This document shows positions 27,592-36,948 of a DNA stretch of 64,000 nt, in pieces. The notes beneath the pieces were generated by a model, which worked only from the letters and a program-made list of their open reading frames with translations, was not told the origin of the DNA and made no database searches. Source of the stretch: Candidatus Onthovivens sp. (GTDB lineage: Bacteria; Bacillota_I; Bacilli_A; RFN20; CAG-826); the NCBI GenBank assembly GCA_035270825.1, contig DATESL010000025.1, forward strand, positions 914-64,913, written 5' to 3'. The first letter of the stretch is position 1; each line of letters starts with the position of its first letter. A program made the position numbers and the translations under genes.

Positions 27592-29456
27592 TGCCACCAT
27601 TAAAAAATGTAAAAAGCCAAGGCCCAAAAGACTTTAAAGGGACTGGGAGAAGAATGATTGGCGATTTTAAAAACCAAATGCCATTGATCATTATTGTTAT
27701 CTTGTTGGCTATTTTTAGTGCAATTCTAACCGTCTTACACCCATCCTTAATTAAAGATTTATTAAGTGGAGAGACTCTTTCAGAAATGTTTGTCTTTGAT
27801 TTAGTTGCAGGGGGTGTCGCTATTAAGTGGGATCTCTTCTTTGTCAAATTTGGAACATTATTTGGAATTGCTGTTGCTGGAGCGATTCTTTCTTGGTGCT
27901 CAGAATATGTTGCTGTCTTTATCAGCTCAAAATATGCTAAAGACATGCGTAAAATTGTTTATTCTAAATTAGATAAATTACCTTTATCTTATTATGATAA
28001 GGTTCCTTATGGTGATACATTAAGTGTTGCCACTAATGATGTTGATAATATTGCAAGTAACTTACAACAAATTATTACTCAACTTTCTATGGGTGTGACG
28101 CTTTTCTTTGGTTCAATAATTGCCATGTTCATTATGGAATGGCGCCTGGCTTTAGTGGCTATTGCTTCCCTTCCATTATCGTTTATCATAATATTCTTAA
28201 TTTCTAAATTTAGTGGCCGTCAATTCGTTCGTTATCGTAAAGACTTAGGTCAATTAAATGGTCAGATTGAAGAAAATTATGCTGGATATAAGATTATTAA
28301 ATTATTTAATAAGGAGAATGACGTTGAAGTTAAATTCCAAAAAACCAACTTACAGATGGAAAAAAGCGATATGCTCTCCCAATTCTTATCTGGTTTAATT
28401 TATCCAACAACAAACTTTGTTAATAACCTTTGTTATGTTGGAGTCGCAATTGTTGGGGGTGTTATTGCTGGTCAACAATCAGCTGATAACGTTCAGACTG
28501 CCATTGCTGCTATTATTTCTTTCTTCCTTTATTTAAATATGTTTAACCGTCCATTACAACAAATCGGGCAAATTATGAATCTAGTTCAAACAGTTGTCGC
28601 TAGTGGTGAAAGAATATATTCTCTTCTTGATGAAGAAGAAGAAACTCCAGATCCCTTTGATGCTATTGATAATGAAGAGTTAATTAAAGGTGAATTTGAA
28701 TTTAGTAATGTTTCTTTCTCTTATAGTAAAGATAAAGAATTAATTAAAAACTTAAACTTAAAGATTAAACCTGGTGATACCGTTGCGATTGTTGGTCCAA
28801 CTGGAGCTGGTAAAACAACTCTTGTTAATCTTATTATGCGTTTTTATGAAATTAATGAAGGTAAGATTAAATTAGATGGAGTTGATATCCGTAACTTCAA
28901 ACGTAATACTCTGCGAGGTAGTATTGGAATGGTTCTTCAAGATACATGGTTATTTAAGGGAACTTTAAAAGAAAATCTGCTCTTTGGTGATGAAAATGCT
29001 ACTGATGAAGAAATCATTGAAGCATGTAAACAAGCTCATATTTCTCACTTTATCGAAACTTTACCTGGCGGATATGGCTTTATGCTTAATGAAGAGGGAA
29101 CTAACCTCTCTCAAGGTCAACGTCAATTAGTAACTATTGCTCGTGCCATGATTTCTAAACCAAAAATTATGATTCTTGATGAAGCAACTTCTAGTGTTGA
29201 TACAAGAACTGAACAACAAATTCAAGATGCTTTAAATAAGACAATGGTTGGTAAAACATCATTTGTTATTGCTCACCGTTTATCAACAATTAAAAATGCT
29301 AAATTAATTCTGGTTATGAAAAAAGGAAACATTGTTGAGGCTGGTAACCACCAAGGATTACTTGCTCAAAATGGTTTCTATGCTGAATTATATAATGCTC
29401 AATTTGCTGGGACTAACCCAATGGAAAAACAAGAAGAGAGTGTTTTAGAAAGTTAA
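27591..29456 (+). CDS. ABC exporter half-transporter (TMD-NBD), partner subunit
   Basis: Walker A GPTGAGKTT, Walker B IMILDEATS (canonical Glu), and the atypical signature LSQGQRQ. Its start overlaps the upstream stop (TAATG). Confidence 0.9.
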   Translation: MPPLKNVKSQGPKDFKGTGRRMIGDFKNQMPLIIIVILLAIFSAILTVLHPSLIKDLLSGETLSEMFVFDLVAGGVAIKWDLFFVKFGTLFGIAVAGAILSWCSEYVAVFISSKYAKDMRKIVYSKLDKLPLSYYDKVPYGDTLSVATNDVDNIASNLQQIITQLSMGVTLFFGSIIAMFIMEWRLALVAIASLPLSFIIIFLISKFSGRQFVRYRKDLGQLNGQIEENYAGYKIIKLFNKENDVEVKFQKTNLQMEKSDMLSQFLSGLIYPTTNFVNNLCYVGVAIVGGVIAGQQSADNVQTAIAAIISFFLYLNMFNRPLQQIGQIMNLVQTVVASGERIYSLLDEEEETPDPFDAIDNEELIKGEFEFSNVSFSYSKDKELIKNLNLKIKPGDTVAIVGPTGAGKTTLVNLIMRFYEINEGKIKLDGVDIRNFKRNTLRGSIGMVLQDTWLFKGTLKENLLFGDENATDEEIIEACKQAHISHFIETLPGGYGFMLNEEGTNLSQGQRQLVTIARAMISKPKIMILDEATSSVDTRTEQQIQDALNKTMVGKTSFVIAHRLSTIKNAKLILVMKKGNIVEAGNHQGLLAQNGFYAELYNAQFAGTNPMEKQEESVLES

Positions 29457-29478
29457 TCGTTTAATTAAACAAAATAAA

Positions 29479-29512
29479 AAGAAGTTAATAAATTAAGTTA
29501 ACTTCTTTTTTT
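29479..29512. terminator. Terminator between the ABC operon and the convergent FGGY kinase gene
   Basis: AAGAAGTTAA...TTAACTTCTT stem with a T-run downstream and an A-run upstream. Confidence 0.7.
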
Positions 29513-29518
29513 ATTTAT

Positions 29519-31084
29519 TTATAATTCAGTTTCATTATTGTCTTCTAAATACTTACTAAGTGTTGCATAAACTTTATTTAAACTTGGATAGATTTTAGAG
29601 TAAACTTTAGAAAATAATATTTTATACTTTTCAACATTTTCCTTATTGGGAGTAAAGATCTTTTTATAATGAACTATTTTTTCTTTAGCTTCCTCAACAT
29701 CTTTAAAATCACCTAAAGCAATAAAAGTACTCATCGCGCACCCTAAACTACTTGCTTCATAAGTTGCAGGTTTAAAAACTGGAAGATTAAAAATATCAGC
29801 AGTAATCTGACAAATTGCGTCCGATTTAGAACCTCCACCACTTATAATTAATTTATCAATCTTACGTCTTCCTCTCTTTGATAAGTTATTTAAGCCGTCT
29901 TTTAATTCATAAGCAATCCCTTCAATAATTGCACGGTATATATGAATTTTAGTATGAATATCATAAAAACCGATAATTGATCCTTTAGCTAATGGTTTAG
30001 AAAGAGAAGGACCCCAGTAAGGTTGTAAAACTAGACCATTAGAACCAGGAGGAATTTCTAATAACTTTTTATTCAATATTTCCTCAGGGGCAATTTGTTC
30101 AATATAAGCAGCACTCATTTCTTCACTGGCAAATTCTTTTGAAAACCATGTTAACATCCAATACCCACGGTAAACTTGAATTTCACTATTATAATATCCT
30201 TTAACACAACTTGGATAAGATGGTAAAAAGTGTTCTGGTTCAAAATATTTATCCCCAAAAAGAGAAATCGTACAACTAGTTCCATAACTTATTTGCGCTG
30301 AGTTTTTTTCAATACTTCCACACCCTAAAACCTCACAGCTTTTATCACTTCCGGTAGCAATAAATTCCAATCCTTCTGGAAAACTGGTTTCTTTTGCGGC
30401 AACTTTAGAAATTTTTCCTAAAGTTTCTCCTGCAAAGAAAATTTGAGGCATCAACTCAGGTTCGACACCAAAAATACATCCTTTTAAGGAATTTTTATTA
30501 TACCAAGTATTCTTTTTAAAATTGATCGGAAAGTGTCCAGTCATATTGGAAGCACTATCCCCTAAAACTCCTGTTAAGCGGTAGTTTAAATAGGAATTAA
30601 GTGGAACGTAATGTTTAACTTTAGCCCATAACTCAGGTTCATTTTCTTGAACCCATAAAGCAGGAGTCCTTTTACGATTAAAAATAATTGTATCTCTCAT
30701 TCCCACAAGATTAAAAGCACATTGATAAAAGGGAGGGAGTTTTCTTTCTAGTTTAGCTTGTCTTTGATCAAGCCAAACGATTGCTGGACGCAATATTTCT
30801 TTATTTTCACCTAAAAAGACCGGACTATCGCGAAGAGAGGTTGCCGAAATTGCACGAACATGCTTTAAAAGTGAAGGATTATTTTTAACTAAGCGCTTAC
30901 TCGCACGACACATATTTTCATAATAATAATTAGGATCTTGTTCACAATACCCTGGTTTCACTGAAAAATAAGGATTAGAGTACTTTTCTTGCTCAAAAGC
31001 AAGAAATTCACCATCTGTATTAATAATTGAAACTCTAACAGATTGAGTTCCATAGTCGATCGCAATTACACAATTTTTATTCAT
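29519..31084 (-). CDS. FGGY-family carbohydrate kinase (substrate not assignable)
   Basis: 521 aa. N-terminal AIDYGTQSVRV and C-terminal ISGGGSKSD, both actin-fold FGGY motifs. Confidence 0.85.
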   Translation of the reverse strand: MNKNCVIAIDYGTQSVRVSIINTDGEFLAFEQEKYSNPYFSVKPGYCEQDPNYYYENMCRASKRLVKNNPSLLKHVRAISATSLRDSPVFLGENKEILRPAIVWLDQRQAKLERKLPPFYQCAFNLVGMRDTIIFNRKRTPALWVQENEPELWAKVKHYVPLNSYLNYRLTGVLGDSASNMTGHFPINFKKNTWYNKNSLKGCIFGVEPELMPQIFFAGETLGKISKVAAKETSFPEGLEFIATGSDKSCEVLGCGSIEKNSAQISYGTSCTISLFGDKYFEPEHFLPSYPSCVKGYYNSEIQVYRGYWMLTWFSKEFASEEMSAAYIEQIAPEEILNKKLLEIPPGSNGLVLQPYWGPSLSKPLAKGSIIGFYDIHTKIHIYRAIIEGIAYELKDGLNNLSKRGRRKIDKLIISGGGSKSDAICQITADIFNLPVFKPATYEASSLGCAMSTFIALGDFKDVEEAKEKIVHYKKIFTPNKENVEKYKILFSKVYSKIYPSLNKVYATLSKYLEDNNETEL

Positions 31085-31100
31085 AATGTAATTATAATCG

Positions 31101-31137
31101 TTTTGATATTTATATCAAAATAAATTAATGGTATAAT
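31101..31137 (+). promoter_or_regulatory. ppdK promoter with an upstream palindrome
   Basis: Extended -10 TGgTATAAT (31129-31137). A 20-bp palindrome, TTTTGATAT-tt-ATATCAAAA (31101-31120), sits at the -35 position. Confidence 0.5.
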
Positions 31138-31181
31138 ATACCCACGTTGAATATAACGGCTATTTATAGGAGGAAAAATAT

Positions 31182-33833
31182 ATGGCAAAAAAATATGTTT
31201 ATCTTTTTGATGAAGCTTTCGGATTAGGTAAAGAGCTTCTCGGAGGTAAAGGTGCTGGACTTGCTGAAATGACACATATTGGAGTACCAATTCCACAAGG
31301 TTTCACAGTCAGTACTGAAGCATGCGCACTTTATTATCAAAGTGAAAAATCAATTCCAGAAGGATTAGCAAAAGAAATCTATGAAGGAATTAAAGGTGTT
31401 GAAAAACAAACAGGAAAATCATTTGGTGGTGTTGTTGAGGGAAGCGTTCCATTACTCGTCTCTGTCCGTAGTGGTTCAAGAGTCTCGATGCCAGGAATGA
31501 TGGATACAATTTTAAACTTAGGTTTAAATGATACAACCGTTGAAACATTAGCAAAAATTAGTAATAACGAAAGATTTGCTTATGATTCATATCGTAGATT
31601 TATTTTAATGTTTACTAACATTGCCAAAGGACATCCACGTACAAAAATGGATAAAATGTTAGAAGATTTAAAACATACAAAAGGTTATAAATTAGATAGT
31701 GATATTCCAGCATCAGATTTAAAAGCATTAGTTGCTAAATACAAAGAATATTACAAGGAAGTCTTTAATGAAGAATTCCCATCTGATCCTTATGCACAAT
31801 TACTTTCAGCTATTGAAGCTGTCTTTAGTTCATGGGATAACCCACGTGCAAACGTTTACCGTAAGATGAATGGAATTCCTTATGATTGGGGAACTGCTGT
31901 TAACGTTCAATCAATGGTTTTTGGTAACTTAAACGAAAACTCCGGAACAGGTGTTGCTTTCTCTCGTGACCCATCCACCGGTAAAAAAGAAATTTATGCT
32001 GAATATTTACCAGTTGCTCAAGGAGAAGACGTTGTTGCTGGTATTAGAACTCCTTTCCATGTTAGTGAACTTCAAAGACAAATGCCTGAAGTCTACAAAC
32101 AATTTGCTGAAACAGTCCAAATGATGGAAACCCATTATAGAGATATGCAAGATATGGAATATACTGTTGAAGATGGTAAATTATTCTTCTTACAAACAAG
32201 AAATGGTAAAAGAACCGCTTCTGCTTCCTTACAAATTGCTTTTGATTTAGTTGATGAAGGATTAATCACTGAAGAAGAAGCTGTTTTAAGAATCGAACCA
32301 AAATTATTAGATTCTTTATTACACCCTAACTTTGATGAAAAAGCTATTAAAGCCGCTACCCCAATTGGAACTGGTAACCCAGCTTCTCCAGGTGCTGCTG
32401 TTGGTCATTTATCATTTGAAGCAAGTGATGCTGCAATTAGACATGAAAAAGGCGAAAAAGTTATTTTAGTTAGAGCTGAAACCTCCCCAGAAGATATCGA
32501 AGGAATGGTTGCTGCTGAAGGTATTTTAACTATGAGAGGTGGAATGACATCTCACGCTGCTGTTGTTGCTCGTGGAATGGGTAAATGCTGTGTTACAGGT
32601 TGTAGCGCTGCAATTATTGATGAACATAGTAAAACAGTTACCATTAATGGCATTGTTTATGGTGAACAAGATACATTATCAGTTGATGGTTCTACCGGTT
32701 CAGTTTATGCTGGAGCTTTAGGAATGGTTGAAGCCGATACTAGTAGCGGTAACTTTGGTCGTATTATGGCTTGTGCTGATAAGTATAGAAGATTACTTGT
32801 TAGAGCAAATGCTGATTCACCAAAAGATGCTATCCAAGCTGTTAAATTTGGTGCTCAAGGAATTGGTTTATGTAGAACAGAACATATGTTCTTTAGTGCA
32901 GACCGTATTTTCCATATGAGAAAAATGATTTTAAGTGATACAGTTGAAGGCCGTGAAGAGGCTTTAAATGAATTATTACCATATCAAAGAGAAGACTTCT
33001 ATGGTTTATACATGGCTATGGCTGATTTAGAAGAAATCAACGTTAACGTTAGATTACTTGATCCACCTCTCCATGAATTCTTACCAACCGATGAAGAACA
33101 AATCAAAGAATTAGCAAAAGAATTAAATAAGAGTGTTGCTGATATTAAAAATAGAATCTCATTCTTACATGAATTTAACCCAATGATGGGTCATAGAGGA
33201 TGTAGACTTGACGTCTCTTATCCAGAAATTGCTAGAATGCAAGCTCGTGCAATTATTGAAGCTGCAATCAAAGCAAGTAAAGAATTAAAAAGAGACATTA
33301 CTCCAGAAATTATGATTCCACTTGTTTTAGATGTTAAAGAATTTAGATTTGTTAAAAATGTTATTAAAGCTGAAGCTGATAAAGTCTTAGCTGAAAATAA
33401 TATTAATCTTGATGTCCATATTGGTACCATGATTGAAATTCCACGTGCTACATTACTTGCTGATGAAATTGGAAAAGAAGCTGCTTTCTTCTCCTTTGGA
33501 ACTAATGACTTAACCCAAATGACTTATGGTTTTAGTAGAGATGACGCTACAAAATTCTTACCTGATTATTTCACAAATAAGATTTTTGAAGAAGATCCAT
33601 TCCAAACCATCGATCAAAAAGGCGTTGGTGCTTTAGTTGAAATCGCAACTAAAAAAGGCCGTGAAGCTAACTCTAAATTATTAGTTGGAGTTTGTGGCGA
33701 ACATGGTGGAGATCCAAAATCAATCGAATTCTTCAATAGAGTTGGATTAGATTATGTTTCTTGCTCACCATATAGAGTCCCAATTGCAAAATTAGCTGCT
33801 GCTCAAGCATCTATTTTAGCTAAAAAGAAATAG
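31182..33833 (+). CDS. ppdK: Pyruvate, phosphate dikinase
   Basis: 883 aa. LGGKGAGLAEM, the phosphohistidine segment GGMTSHAAVVARGMG, and the C-terminal PEP-utiliser TIM barrel (FFSFGTNDLTQ, CGEHGGDP). Confidence 0.95.
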   Translation: MAKKYVYLFDEAFGLGKELLGGKGAGLAEMTHIGVPIPQGFTVSTEACALYYQSEKSIPEGLAKEIYEGIKGVEKQTGKSFGGVVEGSVPLLVSVRSGSRVSMPGMMDTILNLGLNDTTVETLAKISNNERFAYDSYRRFILMFTNIAKGHPRTKMDKMLEDLKHTKGYKLDSDIPASDLKALVAKYKEYYKEVFNEEFPSDPYAQLLSAIEAVFSSWDNPRANVYRKMNGIPYDWGTAVNVQSMVFGNLNENSGTGVAFSRDPSTGKKEIYAEYLPVAQGEDVVAGIRTPFHVSELQRQMPEVYKQFAETVQMMETHYRDMQDMEYTVEDGKLFFLQTRNGKRTASASLQIAFDLVDEGLITEEEAVLRIEPKLLDSLLHPNFDEKAIKAATPIGTGNPASPGAAVGHLSFEASDAAIRHEKGEKVILVRAETSPEDIEGMVAAEGILTMRGGMTSHAAVVARGMGKCCVTGCSAAIIDEHSKTVTINGIVYGEQDTLSVDGSTGSVYAGALGMVEADTSSGNFGRIMACADKYRRLLVRANADSPKDAIQAVKFGAQGIGLCRTEHMFFSADRIFHMRKMILSDTVEGREEALNELLPYQREDFYGLYMAMADLEEINVNVRLLDPPLHEFLPTDEEQIKELAKELNKSVADIKNRISFLHEFNPMMGHRGCRLDVSYPEIARMQARAIIEAAIKASKELKRDITPEIMIPLVLDVKEFRFVKNVIKAEADKVLAENNINLDVHIGTMIEIPRATLLADEIGKEAAFFSFGTNDLTQMTYGFSRDDATKFLPDYFTNKIFEEDPFQTIDQKGVGALVEIATKKGREANSKLLVGVCGEHGGDPKSIEFFNRVGLDYVSCSPYRVPIAKLAAAQASILAKKK

Positions 33834-33860
33834 TTAATTAATTTCTTAAATTATTAAATA

Positions 33861-33896
33861 AAAGGATGAATTGCTCTAATGCATTCATCCTTTTTT
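33861..33896 (+). terminator. ppdK terminator
   Basis: AAAGGATGAAT...ATTCATCCTTT followed by a T-run. Confidence 0.8.
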
Positions 33897-33910
33897 ATTA
33901 TGTTATAAGC

Positions 33911-33938
33911 AAAAGAAAAACTCCATTTAAGGAGTTTT
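33911..33938 (-). terminator. ispE terminator
   Basis: The minus strand reads AAAACTCC-ttaaat-GGAGTTTT followed by a T-rich tail. Confidence 0.7.
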
Positions 33939-33948
33939 ATAAATTTAA

Positions 33949-34806
33949 TTAAATAACTTTGGTCATTTCAACATCATAACCAAGTTTGGAGAAATATTTA
34001 TAGGCTTTTTTGAGGAATTTTTTATCATGCGTGAGCGCAAAACAGCACGAACCAGATCCACACATATTATAACATTCAAAACCAAATTCCTTTAACTGCT
34101 CTAAGATCACATTAATTGTTGGAACATAACTTGTAGCTGTTTCTAATAAAGAATTATGAATTAAAGGTTGGAGTTCTTTTAAGCCAATATTTGATCCAAT
34201 ATATTCTTTAACCTTTGTTGCTGGATAATCTGCAAAATCGCCATAATCACTAAATTTAAGAAAGATATCAGCAGTTGAAGTTCCATCTTCTGGTTTAACA
34301 AGCAAAACATATGGTTTAAAAGGGGTAGTGATAAAAGTTACTCGGTCGCCTTTTCCTTCAACTAAGGCTGTTTGATTATAGTATTGGAAATAAACATCAC
34401 TTCCACAACTTTCACATAATTCTTTTATATCTTCATCAGTGTAATCAGTAATATGCATTAATTTAATAACTGCTCTTAAAACAGCAGCAGCATCAGCACT
34501 ACCTCCACCAAGTCCGGCTTGAATAAAGATATTTTTATGCAAAATAACACTGAATGTTTCCTTTATATCCCACTTTTTACGGCAAGCATTAAGCATTTTA
34601 TGACATAAGTTATACTTAGTAATTTTAAAAACAAAATCATCACAAACAACAAAATCAAAATCTGATCTTTGTTTTGAAATTGTGATATTAATTGAATCGT
34701 GTAATAAAAGAGGAAGCATCACTGTTTCTAAGTCATGATACCCATCTTCTCTTTGGCCAATAACATTTAATGTTAGGTTTATTTTAGCGTATGCTTTTTC
34801 TATCAT
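33949..34806 (-). CDS. ispE: 4-(cytidine 5'-diphospho)-2-C-methyl-D-erythritol kinase
   Basis: GHMP kinase with AKINLTLNV and IFIQAGLGGGSADAAAVL. It is adjacent to rsmA, as in many Firmicutes. Confidence 0.9.
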   Translation of the reverse strand: MIEKAYAKINLTLNVIGQREDGYHDLETVMLPLLLHDSINITISKQRSDFDFVVCDDFVFKITKYNLCHKMLNACRKKWDIKETFSVILHKNIFIQAGLGGGSADAAAVLRAVIKLMHITDYTDEDIKELCESCGSDVYFQYYNQTALVEGKGDRVTFITTPFKPYVLLVKPEDGTSTADIFLKFSDYGDFADYPATKVKEYIGSNIGLKELQPLIHNSLLETATSYVPTINVILEQLKEFGFECYNMCGSGSCCFALTHDKKFLKKAYKYFSKLGYDVEMTKVI

Positions 34807-34819
34807 AATTGTAATATTA

Positions 34820-35638
34820 TCATGATATAATCTTCAGATTCAATAGCATCTTAGTTAAATTGACATAATCATTTAATTTTAATTCTTCAGCTCTTAAATT
34901 AGCCTCTAAGCCTAAAGATTTTAAGACTTCTAAAAGATCTTCATTACGATGAACAAGACCTTTTAAGTTATTAGAAATTGTCTTTCGACGATTGGAAAAA
35001 AGAATTTTAGCAACTTTATAAACTGACTTATTAAAGTTTAAATCAGCCTCTTTAATTCGATCTAGCGAAAATACAATTGAATCAACTCCAGGAATAGGGA
35101 AAAAATTACTTTTTTTTACTGTAAATAAGGTTCTAATTTTAAATGAGAGCATTAAATAAACGTTTAATGCATTAAAAGACTTACCTTCAACTGATTTAAT
35201 GCGTTCTAAACATTCTTTTTGAATCATAAAAACAGCTTGTTCAAGATTACTAAATTTAGTTGTTACAAATTCAATAATATCGGTTGTTATATAATAAGGA
35301 AGGTTACCAAGAACTTTATTAAAAGAGCAATCATCAAATTTTAAAATATTATTTTTAACAATTTTAACATTTTTATTTTCGAAGGCCTTATTTAAATAAT
35401 TAACAAATTTTTGGTCATATTCACAAACAGTAAAATTTTGAACTTTATCAATAATTAATTCTGTCAAAGAACCAAGACCTGGTCCAATTTCAAGAACATT
35501 ATCAGTTTCTTTAATTTTTAAAGATTCAACAATATTAGCTGCAATAATTGGTTTAACAAGAAAATTCTGTCCTAGTTCTTTCTTGGCGTGAGAATTTTCG
35601 AGTGCGAAATAGTCTTTTATTTCATTAATTGTTAACAT
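34820..35638 (-). CDS. rsmA: 16S rRNA (adenine1518/1519-N6)-dimethyltransferase
   Basis: KKELGQNFL, the SAM motif VLEIGPGLGSLT, and NLPYYITT. Confidence 0.93.
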   Translation of the reverse strand: MLTINEIKDYFALENSHAKKELGQNFLVKPIIAANIVESLKIKETDNVLEIGPGLGSLTELIIDKVQNFTVCEYDQKFVNYLNKAFENKNVKIVKNNILKFDDCSFNKVLGNLPYYITTDIIEFVTTKFSNLEQAVFMIQKECLERIKSVEGKSFNALNVYLMLSFKIRTLFTVKKSNFFPIPGVDSIVFSLDRIKEADLNFNKSVYKVAKILFSNRRKTISNNLKGLVHRNEDLLEVLKSLGLEANLRAEELKLNDYVNLTKMLLNLKIIS

Positions 35639-36170
35639 TTTTAATAATCCTTTCTATTTCTTCTTTACTAATATTGAGCATATTCAATCTTTTTAAAAGA
35701 TCTTTACCATTGGCGTGTCCTAGATGAAGTTCTTCACAGACTTTTTTTCTTAAAAGTCGTGAATCGCTTTGCCCTAGTAATTCTAAATCATATAAATCAG
35801 AAGAAGTTAAGCTTCCACTAATACTATTACTATAGCAGACTATGTTTTCTAATGCTTTAATTACTTCCTCTTTGGTTGATTCAGCGACACCAACTTTGTG
35901 GTTTTTAATTGAGACTTCCTTACGGACATAAGCATGAGAAATATTTGGAACATTATCAGAAATTATTGTTCTTATTTTCTTGCCTGGAAAATCTGGATCT
36001 GTAAGAACAATTACTGTCTTTACTTCACTCGCTTTTTTGATATAATCTAAATCTTTTTTAGTTATGGCAGAACCGTTAACTGAGTAAAAATCAGCATCTA
36101 AAAAAGAAGATAAAAAGGCAATATCCATCTTTCCTTCAACAACAATTAAGGCATCTATGTGTTTCTTCAT
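35625..36170 (-). CDS. rnmV: Ribonuclease M5 (Toprim domain)
   Basis: ALIVVEGKMD and VIVLTDPDFPGKKIR. It sits in the conserved tatD-rnmV-rsmA order. Confidence 0.9.
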   Translation of the reverse strand: MKKHIDALIVVEGKMDIAFLSSFLDADFYSVNGSAITKKDLDYIKKASEVKTVIVLTDPDFPGKKIRTIISDNVPNISHAYVRKEVSIKNHKVGVAESTKEEVIKALENIVCYSNSISGSLTSSDLYDLELLGQSDSRLLRKKVCEELHLGHANGKDLLKRLNMLNISKEEIERIIKNVNN

Positions 36171-36946
36171 TATCTTTCCACGTGGAAAATTTCACAAGCA
36201 TTATTATATAATGTTTCTTCCACTAATTTTTCTTCTTTTCCAACTCTTGATATGTATGCCTCAAGAACCTTAGCGATATACTTTGGTTCGTTTGTTTTAC
36301 CTCTAAAAGGAACTGGTGCAAGATATGGTGCGTCCGTTTCCAAGACAATATCTTTTATTTCACACTTCTCAGCAATTTGATGGAGATTCACTGCGTTTTT
36401 AAACGTAAGAACACCGCCAATAGCAATTTTAAAACCTAAAGATATGAAATTAAGGGCTTCCTCATATGTGCCAGAAAAACAGTGCATGACACCTCTTTTT
36501 TCTACTGGATATTCTTTTAAAATACTAAAGACATCATTTAAAGAATTTCTTGCATGAATCGAAATAGGTAATTGATATTTATTAGCGATTTTGATCTGTT
36601 CAATAAACATTTGTTTTTGTTTAGCAATTATTTTACATTCGTTTTCCCAGTAATAATCTAGCCCAATTTCACCAATCGCGATGATTTTTTTGTTTTTATT
36701 CAATAACTTTTCAAGTTCGTTAATTGTCTTATCATCATATGTTTTATGTTCGGTTGGAATGACGCCAATTGCAGCATAAACACCTTCGTATTTTGAGGCG
36801 ATTTCTACTGCTTGAATCGATGATTGAACATCATATCCCACACACAAAAACTTCTTAACTCCATTCTTATTAGCTTCACTAATATAATGGTCTAAATTGT
36901 TAATAAATTCTTTATCGTTTAAATGAATATGGGTATCAAAAATCAT
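36170..36946 (-). CDS. tatD: TatD-family metal-dependent DNase/hydrolase
   Basis: MIFDTHIHLND, AIGEIGLDY, SIHAR, HCFSG and ETDAPYL. Confidence 0.92.
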   Translation of the reverse strand: MIFDTHIHLNDKEFINNLDHYISEANKNGVKKFLCVGYDVQSSIQAVEIASKYEGVYAAIGVIPTEHKTYDDKTINELEKLLNKNKKIIAIGEIGLDYYWENECKIIAKQKQMFIEQIKIANKYQLPISIHARNSLNDVFSILKEYPVEKRGVMHCFSGTYEEALNFISLGFKIAIGGVLTFKNAVNLHQIAEKCEIKDIVLETDAPYLAPVPFRGKTNEPKYIAKVLEAYISRVGKEEKLVEETLYNNACEIFHVER

Positions 36947-36948
36947 TA

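Noticed and set aside
31090-31105. A cre (CcpA) site near ATAATCGTTTTGA upstream of ppdK
   Set aside because: It shares only the central CG and a few flanking bases with the cre consensus, and the match is too weak to claim.
31081-31296. A 71-aa minus-strand ORF spanning the ppdK start
   Set aside because: It overlaps the ppdK promoter and 5' CDS on the opposite strand, and it has no SD and no recognisable sequence.
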